A DNA stretch of 64,000 nucleotides from Ostreococcus lucimarinus (lineage: Eukaryota), in the NCBI GenBank assembly GCA_000092065.1, contig CP000587.1; one strand, 5' to 3'. The notes beneath the pieces were generated by a model, which saw only the letters and a list, made by a program, of their open reading frames with translations, searched no databases and was not told the DNA's origin. Shown in pieces: positions 1 to 9,596 of this stretch. The position numbers and the translations under genes are program-made. Position 1 is the stretch's first letter. Every line of letters starts with the position of its first letter.

Positions 1-6
1 GCGCGA

Positions 7-189
7 ATGGCGGGCGCGTTTAGCTGCGACGACGACGACGCGTGCGGTGGAGAACTACACGTCATCAGTCTCGTCGTCGGCGCGGGCGAAGCGGCGAGAC
101 TTCGCTCGACCGCCGACGCGCTTCGATGCCGCGTCGACGAGTTTGACATCGAAACGCTCGCCGAGATTCGTACGGCGCGCGCGCCGTAA
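7..189 (+). CDS. possible C-terminal end of an unidentified gene running in from upstream of the window
   Basis: Stop-bounded 60-aa ORF at the window edge. No recognisable domain. Kept only because it abuts the window start. Confidence 0.15.
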   Translation: MAGAFSCDDDDACGGELHVISLVVGAGEAARLRSTADALRCRVDEFDIETLAEIRTARAP

Positions 190-409
190 CCATCACGGAT
201 TATTTCGTTCGCGTCGCGCCGTTTGTTAGCCACGGCTCCGAAGGTCGTTCCCGTGGTATCACGCGCGACGGATGCTCCGAATGTATCACAGACGATATGT
301 AACAAGAATGTACAACGACTCAAGAAAACTCGCATTCTGCGTCGCGCGAGTCGGCGTCAGCTCGCCAAACCTTCAACCACTACCACCTCGCGTCACTCCG
401 CGACGCGAG

Positions 410-460
410 ATGTCTTCGAGCAGACACATCGCGCTCACCGCAATCGGCGGCGCGCTCGCG
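410..460 (+). CDS. putative exon 1 (MSSSRHIALTAIGGALA) of small membrane-anchored coiled-coil protein
   Basis: ATG at 410 in the frame of ORF 272..529. A GTGCGC donor-like hexamer starts at 461 exactly on a codon boundary. Splicing to 555 keeps the frame of ORF 522..1019 and creates a continuous N-terminal hydrophobic helix. Confidence 0.35.
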
Positions 461-554
461 GTGCGCGTCGACGCGTCTCGATCGCGTCTCGATCGCGCGC
501 GACGCGTTTCTTTTCGGTCTCGTGACTGACGACAGCTCGTTTTTCGTACGACAG

Positions 555-1019
555 GCAGCGGGCGCGTTCTACGGCCCGAGCGCTCTGGAAGTGTACACCG
601 CGGAGTCATCTCTGGCGACGGCGGAGCGGAAACTCGCGGCGGTGAAGGCGTTGGCGCGAGACGACGAGCAGAACTTCGCCAAGGCGCGTTCGCGGTGGAG
701 CGCGGTGACGTCGGCGTTTAAGGACGCGTCGGAACGCTATCGGAGAACGAAAGAAAGTCTAGACACTCGCTTGCGGGCGTTAGAACAGGCGAAACGCGCG
801 TACGAGGATACAAAGAGAGAGGTAGACGAGGCTGCGTGTGCGCTCGCAGAGGCGGAGAAGGATGAAGCGGAGGCGAATTTGACGCTCGCGAGGGCTCGGC
901 AAAAGCTCGGTACGCACGAGGAAGCAATCGCGCAGGCAAAGGTAGAGGTCCAGAAGCTGACGACGGTCGCTGAGGCTGCCATCAAAAAAATGAACGCGCT
1001 CAAGTTGCCGACGTTTTGA
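555..1019 (+). CDS. exon 2 of coiled-coil protein (hypothetical); ORF 522..1019 has no ATG near its 5' end
   Basis: 165-aa ORF rich in A/E/K/R heptad-like sequence. Its first codon in the track is GTG. A pyrimidine-rich tract plus CGACAG acceptor ends at 554. Confidence 0.5.
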   Translation, partial: AAGAFYGPSALEVYTAESSLATAERKLAAVKALARDDEQNFAKARSRWSAVTSAFKDASERYRRTKESLDTRLRALEQAKRAYEDTKREVDEAACALAEAEKDEAEANLTLARARQKLGTHEEAIAQAKVEVQKLTTVAEAAIKKMNALKLPTF

Positions 1020-1020
1020 C

Positions 1021-1090
1021 CTTTAATATTAGACTATCCTTCTACGTCGTCGTCGCTTTAATATTAGACTATCCTTCTACGTCGTCGTCG
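1021..1090. repeat. perfect 35-bp tandem duplication (2 copies)
   Basis: ctttaatattagactatccttctacgtcgtcgtcg occurs twice back to back. The second copy contains the last 8 codons and stop of the minus-strand SET gene. Confidence 0.9.
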
Positions 1091-2532
1091 GCGCACAACC
1101 AATCCACGTACGCACTGAGGGCGCCGAGTCCCACCCCTAGGAGGCGCTTCCGTTCGGCACGATACTCCACCGCTGCACGTCCGAAAGCCGTGGTATACTT
1201 TCTATTTTCTAATAACTCCGCTTCATCTTCTTCCAGCGTCGTGGCAAAGGCGTCCAACTCGCGCTCCCACGCCTCGCCGAGCTTCACGGCGTCGTCTAAC
1301 TCTCGCTGGATGTCGTCGCCTTCCAGCGTCCAGTCGTCGTCGGCCACGAGTTCTCTTCCCGGAGGTATTCCGCCGCACGCAGATGCCGTGACGGCAATTA
1401 TTCTGCGAACATCCTCTTCGGGCGTCGATCCACCTAGCACGCCCGACTCTTCCATCGCCTGCCGGAATGCGCCGAGCCGCAACGTGATGTTCGCGCCGCC
1501 CAATCGATCGTTGCGGTTACCTCGTAAACTAAAACCGTAACTCTCCATGAGTTCGTCGTTCGAGGCGTCGGGCTGGTATGAAATCGTCACTTCTTCGTCC
1601 GCGCCTTGGATTGGACGATTCGTTTCCAAGCAACACGCGCCACCGCCGCCGTCCACGCTTCCGCCTGTTACGACTCTCCAGTATGCGCCCTTCAATCCGC
1701 CGCCATCGCTCGCGCCAATTTTCTTCAACGCGGTGACGTTCGCGATATCGACGTGATTCGCCATATCCACACACGGTGCAAGCACCGCGACCTGCGTGTC
1801 GTCCGCCCCTCCCTCCTCATCTGCGCCCACCTCCGCGGCGATCGCGCGCGACGTCACCAACGCGTACCCCCAGCGCAAATCGTCCGGCGTCAGCTTCCCC
1901 GGCACCGCCCCGAACGGCACGCGATCGAACGCGAGCGAAACGAGCGACCTCACCTCTCGCGCCCGCCGCACCAGCGCTTCGTTTTGCGTCGACGCGAGCT
2001 CCTCATCCGTCGCCAACAGCGTCGACGGCAGCCCGTTCGCCGCCGTCGGCAACCACGCGGCGTACGCCTCCCAAATATCCCCACCCGCGCGCGTCGCGAA
2101 CAACAGCCAAAGCACCACCGCCAACTCACGATCATCCTCGTCCTTCGAGAACATCAAATCTTTGATCGCGTCCGGCACGGGGCGATTCCGTTTTTCCCAC
2201 GCGCCGACAATCTTCTTCGCCGTGGCGTCCGTCCCCGTCGCCAGCCCTCGTCCGACGGGGCACACGATGCACACGTCGAGCGGAACCTCTAAAAGGAGCT
2301 CGACGGCCTTCCATCCCGCCGGGGCCGTGGTGAAGAGGCCGCGACCGTTTTCGCCGCGTCCGAGGGCGACGCGCGAGCGCATGGAGGCTGACTTCATGAA
2401 GGCGTCGAAAGCTTCGGTTTCGGTGGTGATGAGCGCGCGCGTGGGCGCGGCGCGACCGCCGCGGCGCGGTCGTACCGTACGCCGCGGACGCGCGCGCGGA
2501 GCGAGACCGACGCGCGCGGGGGAGGCGCGCAT
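1069..2532 (-). CDS. SET-domain protein-lysine methyltransferase, Rubisco LSMT-like, with N-terminal transit-peptide-like region
   Basis: ORF 1069..2694 carries SET/LSMT motifs (GRGLFTT...ELMESYGF, C-terminal Rubisco-LSMT substrate-binding-like region). Start assigned to MRASPARVG (ATG about 2532) rather than the ORF's first codon. Confidence 0.7.
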   Translation of the reverse strand: MRASPARVGLAPRARPRRTVRPRRGGRAAPTRALITTETEAFDAFMKSASMRSRVALGRGENGRGLFTTAPAGWKAVELLLEVPLDVCIVCPVGRGLATGTDATAKKIVGAWEKRNRPVPDAIKDLMFSKDEDDRELAVVLWLLFATRAGGDIWEAYAAWLPTAANGLPSTLLATDEELASTQNEALVRRAREVRSLVSLAFDRVPFGAVPGKLTPDDLRWGYALVTSRAIAAEVGADEEGGADDTQVAVLAPCVDMANHVDIANVTALKKIGASDGGGLKGAYWRVVTGGSVDGGGGACCLETNRPIQGADEEVTISYQPDASNDELMESYGFSLRGNRNDRLGGANITLRLGAFRQAMEESGVLGGSTPEEDVRRIIAVTASACGGIPPGRELVADDDWTLEGDDIQRELDDAVKLGEAWERELDAFATTLEEDEAELLENRKYTTAFGRAAVEYRAERKRLLGVGLGALSAYVDWLCADDDVEG

Positions 2533-2690
2533 GGTGCGGACGACGCGCGGCGGCGTGTGCGGATGGAAGATGAAAGACGCGCGGACCCGAAGCGAAACGA
2601 ATATAAAGTAATCGTAACCATAACAAAATAACGTCGTTACGCGGCTGGTGGTTCTAAAGTAATCGTGCCGAATGGTGCGCGCGTCGTCGG

Positions 2691-4061
2691 TCACCCGTCG
2701 ACCTCACCGCTGATGTCCAAAAACTTGGCGGCGGTGTTGACGTCCTTGTCGCCGCGGCCGCTGCAGTTGAGGACAACCTTGGTGCCGTTGGGGAGACCAG
2801 GGCAGAGCTTCCACAAGTACGCCAAGGCGTGGGACGTTTCAAGGGCAGGGATGATACCCTCGAGACGAGAGGTGGCGACGAAAGCGTCGAGCGCTTCCTT
2901 GTCGGTGATGGCGTGGTACTCGGCGCGACCGAAATCCTTCAAGAAGGCGTGCTCCGGACCGATGCCCGGGTAATCGAGACCGGCGGAGATGGAGTGCGGC
3001 TCAACGATTTGACCCTCTTCATCTTGAATCAAGTACGAGAACGAGCCGTGAAGCACGCCCGGGGTGCCCAAGGTGAGCGTCGCGGCGTGCTTTTGGCCCG
3101 GCTCGATGCCTTCGCCGCCGGCTTCGACGCCGATGATGCGCACGGATTCGTCGTCGATGAACTCGTGGAACAGACCCATGGCGTTGGAGCCACCGCCAAC
3201 GCACGCGACGAGGATGTCCGGCAAACCGCCCCATTTCTCCATGGCTTGTCTTCTAGTCTCTTGACCGATGACGGCGTGGAAGTCGCGCACCATCATCGGA
3301 TACGGGTGCGGGCCCGCGACCGAGCCGAGGATGTAGTGCGTGTCCTCAACGTTCGTCACCCAGTCACGAATAGCCTCAGACGTCGCATCCTTGAGCGTGG
3401 CCGTGCCCGCGCGCACCGGTCGAACCGTGGCGCCGAGCAAACGCATGCGGAACACGTTGAGCTTTTGTCGCTCCATATCCGCCGCGCCCATGTAAATGAT
3501 ACACTCCAACCCGAATCGCGCGCACACCGTCGCCGTCGCCACGCCGTGTTGTCCCGCCCCGGTCTCAGCGATGATGCGCTTCTTCCCCATTCGCTTCGCC
3601 AACAGCGCTTGCCCGACCGCGTTGTTGATCTTGTGCGCCCCCGTGTGGTTCAGGTCTTCGCGCTTCAGGTACACGTCCGGCCCTTCCCCGTTCGCGTCCT
3701 TGAAGTGTTCGCTCAACCTTTCGGCGTAGTACAGCGGATTCTCGCGTCCGACGTAATCCTTCAGAATATCCTTCAGCTCCGCCTGGAACGCCGGGTCCGT
3801 CTTGATCGCCTCGTACTCCTTCTCCAGCGCCCGCAGCGCCGGGATCAGCGTCTCCGGCACGTACTTCCCCCCGTACGCGCCGTACCTCCCGTTCGCGTCC
3901 GGTCGCGACTGCTCCGAGATCTTCCCCTGCGTCGGCGGCGTCATCACGCGTCGCACGACGCGCGCGCCTCGCGTCGCCGCGCCCGTCGCGCGCGTCGCCT
4001 CGCGACGCCCCCCCGTCGTCGTCGTCGTCACCGCCGCGCCCATCGTTCGCGCCGTCGCCAT
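2691..4061 (-). CDS. TRPB: tryptophan synthase beta chain, plastid-targeted
   Basis: Full-length PLP-dependent TrpB ([25 protein letters not shown]) preceded by a Ser/Thr/Arg-rich transit peptide. ATG confirmed at 4059-4061 on the minus strand. Confidence 0.92.
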   Translation of the reverse strand: MATARTMGAAVTTTTTGGRREATRATGAATRGARVVRRVMTPPTQGKISEQSRPDANGRYGAYGGKYVPETLIPALRALEKEYEAIKTDPAFQAELKDILKDYVGRENPLYYAERLSEHFKDANGEGPDVYLKREDLNHTGAHKINNAVGQALLAKRMGKKRIIAETGAGQHGVATATVCARFGLECIIYMGAADMERQKLNVFRMRLLGATVRPVRAGTATLKDATSEAIRDWVTNVEDTHYILGSVAGPHPYPMMVRDFHAVIGQETRRQAMEKWGGLPDILVACVGGGSNAMGLFHEFIDDESVRIIGVEAGGEGIEPGQKHAATLTLGTPGVLHGSFSYLIQDEEGQIVEPHSISAGLDYPGIGPEHAFLKDFGRAEYHAITDKEALDAFVATSRLEGIIPALETSHALAYLWKLCPGLPNGTKVVLNCSGRGDKDVNTAAKFLDISGEVDG

Positions 4062-4439
4062 CGCGCCCGTCCGTTCGCGCGTCGCGCGTCACCCGCGCGT
4101 CGTCTTCGTCTCGCGTCTGACGCCCGTCGTTCACCGCGTCCGCGTCGTCGCGCGCCGCGCCGTCGTGTGCCGACGCGCGGGTGACGCGCGCGCGGCGTCC
4201 CTCGCCCTATCCGCGACCGACCGCCATCGTCGGACTGTTTGCCCACACGCGAGACGCGTTTTTTTCGCGACGTCACCGATTCGATCGATCGATCGCGCGC
4301 GCGCGACCGTCGTGGTGTCGATCGCGCGGCGCGCGCGATCGACGACGCGAGGTTCGATCGATCGATCGAGCGATCGATCGATCGATCGCGCGATCGCGCG
4401 CGACGGCGCGATTCGGCGCGCGAGACGGCGGCGCGCGCG
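4062..4439. promoter_or_regulatory. divergent intergenic region shared by TRPB (-) and the DEAD-box helicase (+)
   Basis: Head-to-head starts 378 bp apart. The region contains a CGATCG/GATC-rich microsatellite. Confidence 0.4.
4277..4402. repeat. (CGAT)n / CGATCG-rich microsatellite
   Basis: Runs of cgatcgatcgatcg interrupted by gcgcgc, visible directly in the sequence. Confidence 0.8.
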
Positions 4440-5909
4440 ATGTCGACGTGGGCGGACGACGACGGGGACCTCCCGCCGCCGCCCGGGTTCGAGGACGTCC
4501 GCGCGGGCGCGCACGCGGCGGAGATCGCGGACATCGCGAGCCAGCTCGGCGGCGCGCCGGCGATCGGGACGCGCGCGGACGCCGTGGACGCGCCGGATGT
4601 GGCGCTGAAGAGCGAGGGCCTGCGCGAGGAGCACGCGGGTGAGGTGGTGAAGGCGATCGTGGATCCGTCGACGCCGTACGCGAGCGCGAAGTCGTTCGAG
4701 GATCTCGGGCTGAGCGCGGAGCTGCTCAGGGGGCTGTACGGGGAGATGAAGTTTGAAAAGCCGTCGAAGATTCAGGCGGAGACGTTGCCGCTGATTTTGA
4801 TGCCGCCGCATCGGAATTTGATCGCGCAGGCGCATAATGGGAGTGGGAAGACGACGTGCTTCACGCTCGGGATGCTGAGCCGGATCGATCCGAATCTGAA
4901 GGCGCCGCAGGGGTTGATGATTTGCCCGACGCGAGAGCTCGTGGTGCAAAACGTGAGCGTGATGGAGAGGATGGGCAAGTACACCGGAGTCACGATCGCG
5001 TCCACGGCGGATCCGAAGTGGGATAACACAAATCGTAACAAAATCGTCGATCAAGCGGTGATCGGGACGCCCGGGAAGATTTTGCGATGGATGCGAGAGC
5101 GTCAGTTGGCGTGCAACAACATGAGAATTCTCGTCTTCGACGAGGCGGATCACATGATGGCCACGGATGGACATCGCGTCGACAGCACGAAAATTCTCAA
5201 GCATCTTTCCATGAACGCCAAGGCGTGGCAGGTGTTGCTATTCAGCGCCACGTTCAACGAGGCGGTGAAGAGCTTCGCGACCAAGGTGGTGCCAAACGCC
5301 AATCAAATCTTCATTCCGGCGACTGAGCTTTCGCTCGACGTCATCAAGCAACACCGCGTCGCGGTGAACACGGTGGAGGCGAAAGACGTGCTTTTGAAGG
5401 AGAAGATTTTCCCGCTGTGCGATAAGATTGGTCAGACGATCATCTTCGTTCGCACGCGCGAGGGCGCCAGACGTCTGCACGCGTCGATGAACGCGAGCGG
5501 ATACAAGTGCACCGTGATCGAAGGACAAATGGAGCACGCCGACCGCGATCGCGTCGTCAAGGAGTTCCGCGATGGACTGACGAAGATTCTCATCGCCACC
5601 GATGTCTTATCGCGCGGTTTGGACGTGAGCACGGTTACCCTCGTCATCAACTACGACATGCCGGTTGAGTTTCACAACCCGCGTTCGCCGAATTACGAAA
5701 CGTATTTGCACCGCATCGGTCGCAGCGGCCGGTTCGGTAAAAAAGGCGCGGCGTTCAACTTGATCTTAGGCGACTCCGAGCGCGCGATTTGCGATCAGAT
5801 CGAGTTGCACTTCAACCACAAAATCCCCGAAGTCGCGTTCAACGACGACGTGACGTTTGAAAAAGTGCTCGAAGACGCCGGTTTGATGTCGAAGGAAGAG
5901 GCGCTTTGA
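4440..5909 (+). CDS. DEAD-box ATP-dependent RNA helicase, DBP5/DDX19-like
   Basis: Motifs GSGKTTCF (Walker A), DEAD, SAT, HRIGRSGRFG. ATG at 4440 follows ORF-internal low-complexity sequence. Confidence 0.9.
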   Translation: MSTWADDDGDLPPPPGFEDVRAGAHAAEIADIASQLGGAPAIGTRADAVDAPDVALKSEGLREEHAGEVVKAIVDPSTPYASAKSFEDLGLSAELLRGLYGEMKFEKPSKIQAETLPLILMPPHRNLIAQAHNGSGKTTCFTLGMLSRIDPNLKAPQGLMICPTRELVVQNVSVMERMGKYTGVTIASTADPKWDNTNRNKIVDQAVIGTPGKILRWMRERQLACNNMRILVFDEADHMMATDGHRVDSTKILKHLSMNAKAWQVLLFSATFNEAVKSFATKVVPNANQIFIPATELSLDVIKQHRVAVNTVEAKDVLLKEKIFPLCDKIGQTIIFVRTREGARRLHASMNASGYKCTVIEGQMEHADRDRVVKEFRDGLTKILIATDVLSRGLDVSTVTLVINYDMPVEFHNPRSPNYETYLHRIGRSGRFGKKGAAFNLILGDSERAICDQIELHFNHKIPEVAFNDDVTFEKVLEDAGLMSKEEAL

Positions 5910-6013
5910 ATGCGGTCGACGCGTAATCACACACTACTAAGTACCTAGGACAAAACTATAGACGAATCGCGGGCCACCGCTAGCAGTACACGTTGTAATC
6001 CGGAGGCGAACCT

Positions 6014-7123
6014 TCACACTCGCTTCTTACTTTTTCGAGCCTCCTCGCGTCTCGCCTGTCGCGTGTCCACCACGGGCGGCTTCCATCGCAACCACTTCAC
6101 GAACGCGCGAACGCGCTTAAACACGCGCGTGACTAAACTTATCCCCGTTACCGCTAAAAACACTGAGCGCGCGAATCGCCACGCACCGCCGATGAATGTG
6201 AAGTTTCTAAATACGTAGAAAACGACGCAGACGGCGATCGCCGTCGCGCCTCGCGACGCCAATCGAATCAACGCATCCGCCATTAAATACGCTTTATCGG
6301 GCGTCCCTCCGCGCGTGGGATCGACCCAAAGCTCTTCCGCGCGCGTCACTTCGCGCAAACGCTCGGCGGCGACTTTATCAAACCTATTCGAAGTCAACAG
6401 TCGCTTGAACAGCGCTCGCGCGCCCGCGGCGTCCCCGACGTCGCCGCCTCGCGTCGCGTCGCACTCTTCCCGCGCTCCCTCCCCCTGCACGCGCGTCGCC
6501 AACCCAGCGACGTACCTTCGCAGCATCGCATCTCCCGCGCGCAGCACCCCGAGCTCATCTCCCGCGTCGCCCGCTTTGACGTACGTCGCCACCAACGCGT
6601 CGTCGCACCTCGTCGTCCCCGTCGCCTCCGCGCACGTCCTCGCGTCCGCGCCCAGCGTCCCAATCCCCGGCATCTTCGTCCAGTGTTCGTGCTCGCTCGC
6701 CCGAAACAAAAGCGCGCCGCCGATCTCGAGCGCGTCTCGCGTCGCCGCCGCTTCGTCGTCGCCCCGTCTCGCCGCGCGCGTCGCCGCGTCCCGCGCGCAC
6801 TCGCCGTCGAACAGGCAGCACCCCAGCGCGACGAGCTCGGCGAACGCCAGCCTCGGCGCGTCATCCGCGACGAATCCTCCGTACCGCGACGCCCCGAGCG
6901 CGGCGTCGCCGTCCGCGCGCGTCGCGTCGCGCGTCGCCGTCGCGAGAAACTTTTGCAATCGCGCGTCGGAATCGATCGCGCGTCGCGCGTCGCGCGCGCA
7001 CGCGCGTCGCGCCTCGGCGCACTCGGTGTCGACGTCGCTCGCGCGCGCGCGCGCGGCGAGCGCCGCGACGCACGCGAGGACGAGCGCGCCGAGGCGAGCG
7101 CGGCGACGACGCGACGTCGCCAT
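6014..7123 (-). CDS. hypothetical secreted/membrane cysteine-rich protein (signal peptide, C-terminal TM)
   Basis: ATG (MATSRRRRARLGALVLACVAALA) verified at 7121-7123. Hydrophobic C-terminal segment. No recognised domain. Confidence 0.5.
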   Translation of the reverse strand: MATSRRRRARLGALVLACVAALAARARASDVDTECAEARRACARDARRAIDSDARLQKFLATATRDATRADGDAALGASRYGGFVADDAPRLAFAELVALGCCLFDGECARDAATRAARRGDDEAAATRDALEIGGALLFRASEHEHWTKMPGIGTLGADARTCAEATGTTRCDDALVATYVKAGDAGDELGVLRAGDAMLRRYVAGLATRVQGEGAREECDATRGGDVGDAAGARALFKRLLTSNRFDKVAAERLREVTRAEELWVDPTRGGTPDKAYLMADALIRLASRGATAIAVCVVFYVFRNFTFIGGAWRFARSVFLAVTGISLVTRVFKRVRAFVKWLRWKPPVVDTRQARREEARKSKKRV

Positions 7124-7300
7124 TCGACGACGCGCGCGGTGTGACGACCACCGCGAGCGAAACGACGCCATTCGACGACGCGACCGCGGTTGAAACGAAC
7201 GACGACTCGACCGTCGATCGCGCGCGCGCGCGACGGCGGCGCGCGCGCGCGAGGCGCGCGCGCGGAACGAATCCGAATCGCGCGTCGGTAATCGAACGTC

Positions 7301-8326
7301 ATGACGGATGCGCCGAGCGCGTTCACGACGAAGCTGGCGTCGCTGAACGGGAGCGCGCAGTCGATCGAGACGCTCTCGCACTGGTGCATCTTTCACAGGA
7401 AAAACGCGCGGACGCTGGCGGGGACGTGGGACGAACGGTTGCGCGCGGCGGCGTCGAAGCAAAAGTTGCCGTTTTTGTACCTCGCGAGCGATATCGTGCA
7501 AAAGAGCCGGAAAAAGGGACCGGAGTGGGCGGACGCGCTGGTTGGGTACATGCCGGATGCGTGTAAACACGCGGTGGAGCACGGAGACGGGACGACGACG
7601 GAGAAGGTGAAGAAGTTGTTGCGCGTGTGGGGCGAGCGACAGTGCTTCCCGGGGGCGAGCACCGAGTCGTGGTTGGACGGCGCGAGCGACGGTGGTGGTG
7701 GCTCGACCGCGGTGGCGGCGAAAGTCGCGGCGCCGGCGGCGACGAGCGCGGCGCCGGTGGCGAAAAAGAACAAGAATGATTTGGCGGAAGTGCCGGCGCT
7801 GAGCGGCGACAACGCCGCGCTCGCGAAACTTTTGGTCAAGATGGAGAACGCCGAGCGCGACGTCGCCGCGGCGAGCGAACGCTTCGATGCGGACGTGCGA
7901 GAGGAGCTTTTAGACGAGACGAACGTAGAAAACGCGGAGGACCCAGTCGGGATGTTGCGAGCGGTGCAGTGCTGCGAGAGCGCAATCGTCTTCAAGCGAA
8001 ACGCCGTCGACACCATGACGGAAACCTTGGACACGCTCGAGAAGAAGCTCCGCGCCGCGCTCGCGCGCGTCGAAGCCGCGCGTGAATCTCAAAGCGGCGT
8101 CAACATGGGCGAACTGACGCAAATGATGATCAAGGCGCTCAAGGCGCGTAAGAAGGCGTCCAAGCGAAACGCCGACTTCATCGTGCGACAAATCGCCAGC
8201 GAAGCCGGCGACGCCCCGCTTCCCGAGCCCGTCGATTTCGACGCCGACGCCGACAATTACGACCCATCGGACGCGCCGGACGAATACCATCCCCCCGACG
8301 AGTCCAACAAGCGTCCTAGACGTTGA
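7301..8326 (+). CDS. CID (RPR) domain protein, RPRD1/Rtt103-like Pol II CTD-interacting factor
   Basis: N-terminal CID-like sequence (SLNGSAQSIETLSHWCIFHRK... LRVWGER) followed by a coiled-coil region. ATG at 7301. Confidence 0.6.
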   Translation: MTDAPSAFTTKLASLNGSAQSIETLSHWCIFHRKNARTLAGTWDERLRAAASKQKLPFLYLASDIVQKSRKKGPEWADALVGYMPDACKHAVEHGDGTTTEKVKKLLRVWGERQCFPGASTESWLDGASDGGGGSTAVAAKVAAPAATSAAPVAKKNKNDLAEVPALSGDNAALAKLLVKMENAERDVAAASERFDADVREELLDETNVENAEDPVGMLRAVQCCESAIVFKRNAVDTMTETLDTLEKKLRAALARVEAARESQSGVNMGELTQMMIKALKARKKASKRNADFIVRQIASEAGDAPLPEPVDFDADADNYDPSDAPDEYHPPDESNKRPRR

Positions 8327-8498
8327 CGCGCGACGCTTTTAATTTTCAGCCCGCCGGCGCCCCGTCCCCGTCGCCGCGTCGTCACACCGCGCCTCCCCTC
8401 GCGCGTCCCGACGTCGCTCGCGCGTTCCGTCGCCGTCCCATCGCGCGCGTCCGCGCGCCGTCCCGTCGCGCGCGCGTCCTCGCCGCACAGCGCGACCG

Positions 8499-8963
8499 TT
8501 GAGCGCCCGCGCGCGCGTCATGTCCGCGTACCCGCGCCCCGCGCACCCGTACGGCGCGTCCGCCGCGGGACTGACGTCGCGCCCCAACGCCTCGACCTCG
8601 GGCGGGGAGTTTCACGTGCACGTGGGCGCGGCGAGCGCGATGGATCTGGACGACGAAGTCGCGGGACTGCGAGGCAAGGTGAAGATGCTGAAACAAATGT
8701 CGAATCAAATCGGTGAAGAAGCGTCCGTTCGCGGGTCGTTGATCGACGCGCTGAGCGTGGACTTCAGCTCGAGCGACGCGGCGATGAAAGACGTGCGGAG
8801 GAAGGTGGAACACGCGTTTAAACAGGCGAAGAGCGGACATTTGATGGCGCTGATGTTCTTCGCGCTGTGCGCGTTCTTCGGAATGTTCGTCTTCGTCAAG
8901 TTTAGCAAGGTGATCTCGTACCTGGTGCCGCGCGGGACGGGACAGAGCGTGCGGCATCACTGA
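8499..8963 (+). CDS. Bet1/Sft1-like Qc-SNARE
   Basis: SNARE heptad region (DDEVAGLRGKVKMLKQMSNQIGEEASVRGSLIDAL) followed by a C-terminal transmembrane anchor (LMALMFFALCAFFGMFVFVKF). Confidence 0.6.
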   Translation: MSARARVMSAYPRPAHPYGASAAGLTSRPNASTSGGEFHVHVGAASAMDLDDEVAGLRGKVKMLKQMSNQIGEEASVRGSLIDALSVDFSSSDAAMKDVRRKVEHAFKQAKSGHLMALMFFALCAFFGMFVFVKFSKVISYLVPRGTGQSVRHH

Positions 8964-9065
8964 CGGCGTTCGCTCGAGCGGGCGTCGAATGGGCGCCGTA
9001 GCGTTAACAATCTCTAGTCTTCGTAGCGCGGTTTTAATTCGCGAGACGCGTTCGCGTCGTCTTCC

Positions 9066-9557
9066 TCACGCCTTGTGCTTCCTAATCTCACACGTAAACT
9101 CCGTGATCCCAACGCTATCGCCGCCGTTCTCGCAGTATTCGAACCATCCGTCGGGATCTTCGCTCAAATCCACGTCTCGCCACGTCGAACCGCCCTCGCT
9201 CTTCACCGTCGCGCCCTTCGTCGGGTAAAACTTTTCCAACTCCAGCCCTCGGCACTCGAATCCCATCACCGGCACCCACGTCCCCGACGCGTCGATGACC
9301 CCTTTCGTCGTCAAGCCCTTGACGTCGACGAAGGACACGCTGGCTTGCTTTTTAGAGTCGGGAAACTTCATCACAAAGTTGGCTTCGCCTCGTGAATTTT
9401 CCATCTCGACGACGTCGTCGGCGCTCATGAAGACGCCCTCGCGCGTTTCATCGCTCTGGGAGTCTTTGACGTCGAAGCAGTAGTGATAACCGGCGGGGAA
9501 CTCGACGCTCGCGACGTTTTCGAACTCGGCTTTGCAGTACAGAACGAGGAGCACCAT
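9066..9557 (-). CDS. DUF866/CZIB (C1orf123-like) CXXC zinc-binding protein
   Basis: MVLLVLYCKAEFENV start and overall similarity to the UPF0587 family. Start placed at the internal Met. Confidence 0.6.
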   Translation of the reverse strand: MVLLVLYCKAEFENVASVEFPAGYHYCFDVKDSQSDETREGVFMSADDVVEMENSRGEANFVMKFPDSKKQASVSFVDVKGLTTKGVIDASGTWVPVMGFECRGLELEKFYPTKGATVKSEGGSTWRDVDLSEDPDGWFEYCENGGDSVGITEFTCEIRKHKA

Positions 9558-9596
9558 GTTGTGGAGACGCTGCAAAATTCTAATTCAAGCTCTAAT

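Noticed and set aside
170-554. Alternative intron joining ORF 7..189 to the coiled-coil ORF via GTACGG at 170
   Set aside because: No candidate acceptor (535 or 554) gives a phase-compatible join. The 410..460 exon model is in frame and uses the recurrent GTGCGC donor.
2829-4184. 451-aa plus-strand ORF antisense to TRPB
   Set aside because: Arg/Leu/Val-rich low-complexity translation with no domain. It fully overlaps a well-supported gene and is typical of antisense ORFs generated by very high GC3.
4131-5204. 357-aa minus-strand ORF antisense to the DEAD-box helicase
   Set aside because: Arg-rich low complexity opposite a clearly conserved gene.
6315-7389. Overlapping 292-aa (+) and 331-aa (-) ORFs inside and antisense to gene 6014..7123
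   Set aside because: Ser/Ala/Arg repeats only. Different frames of the same GC-rich segment.
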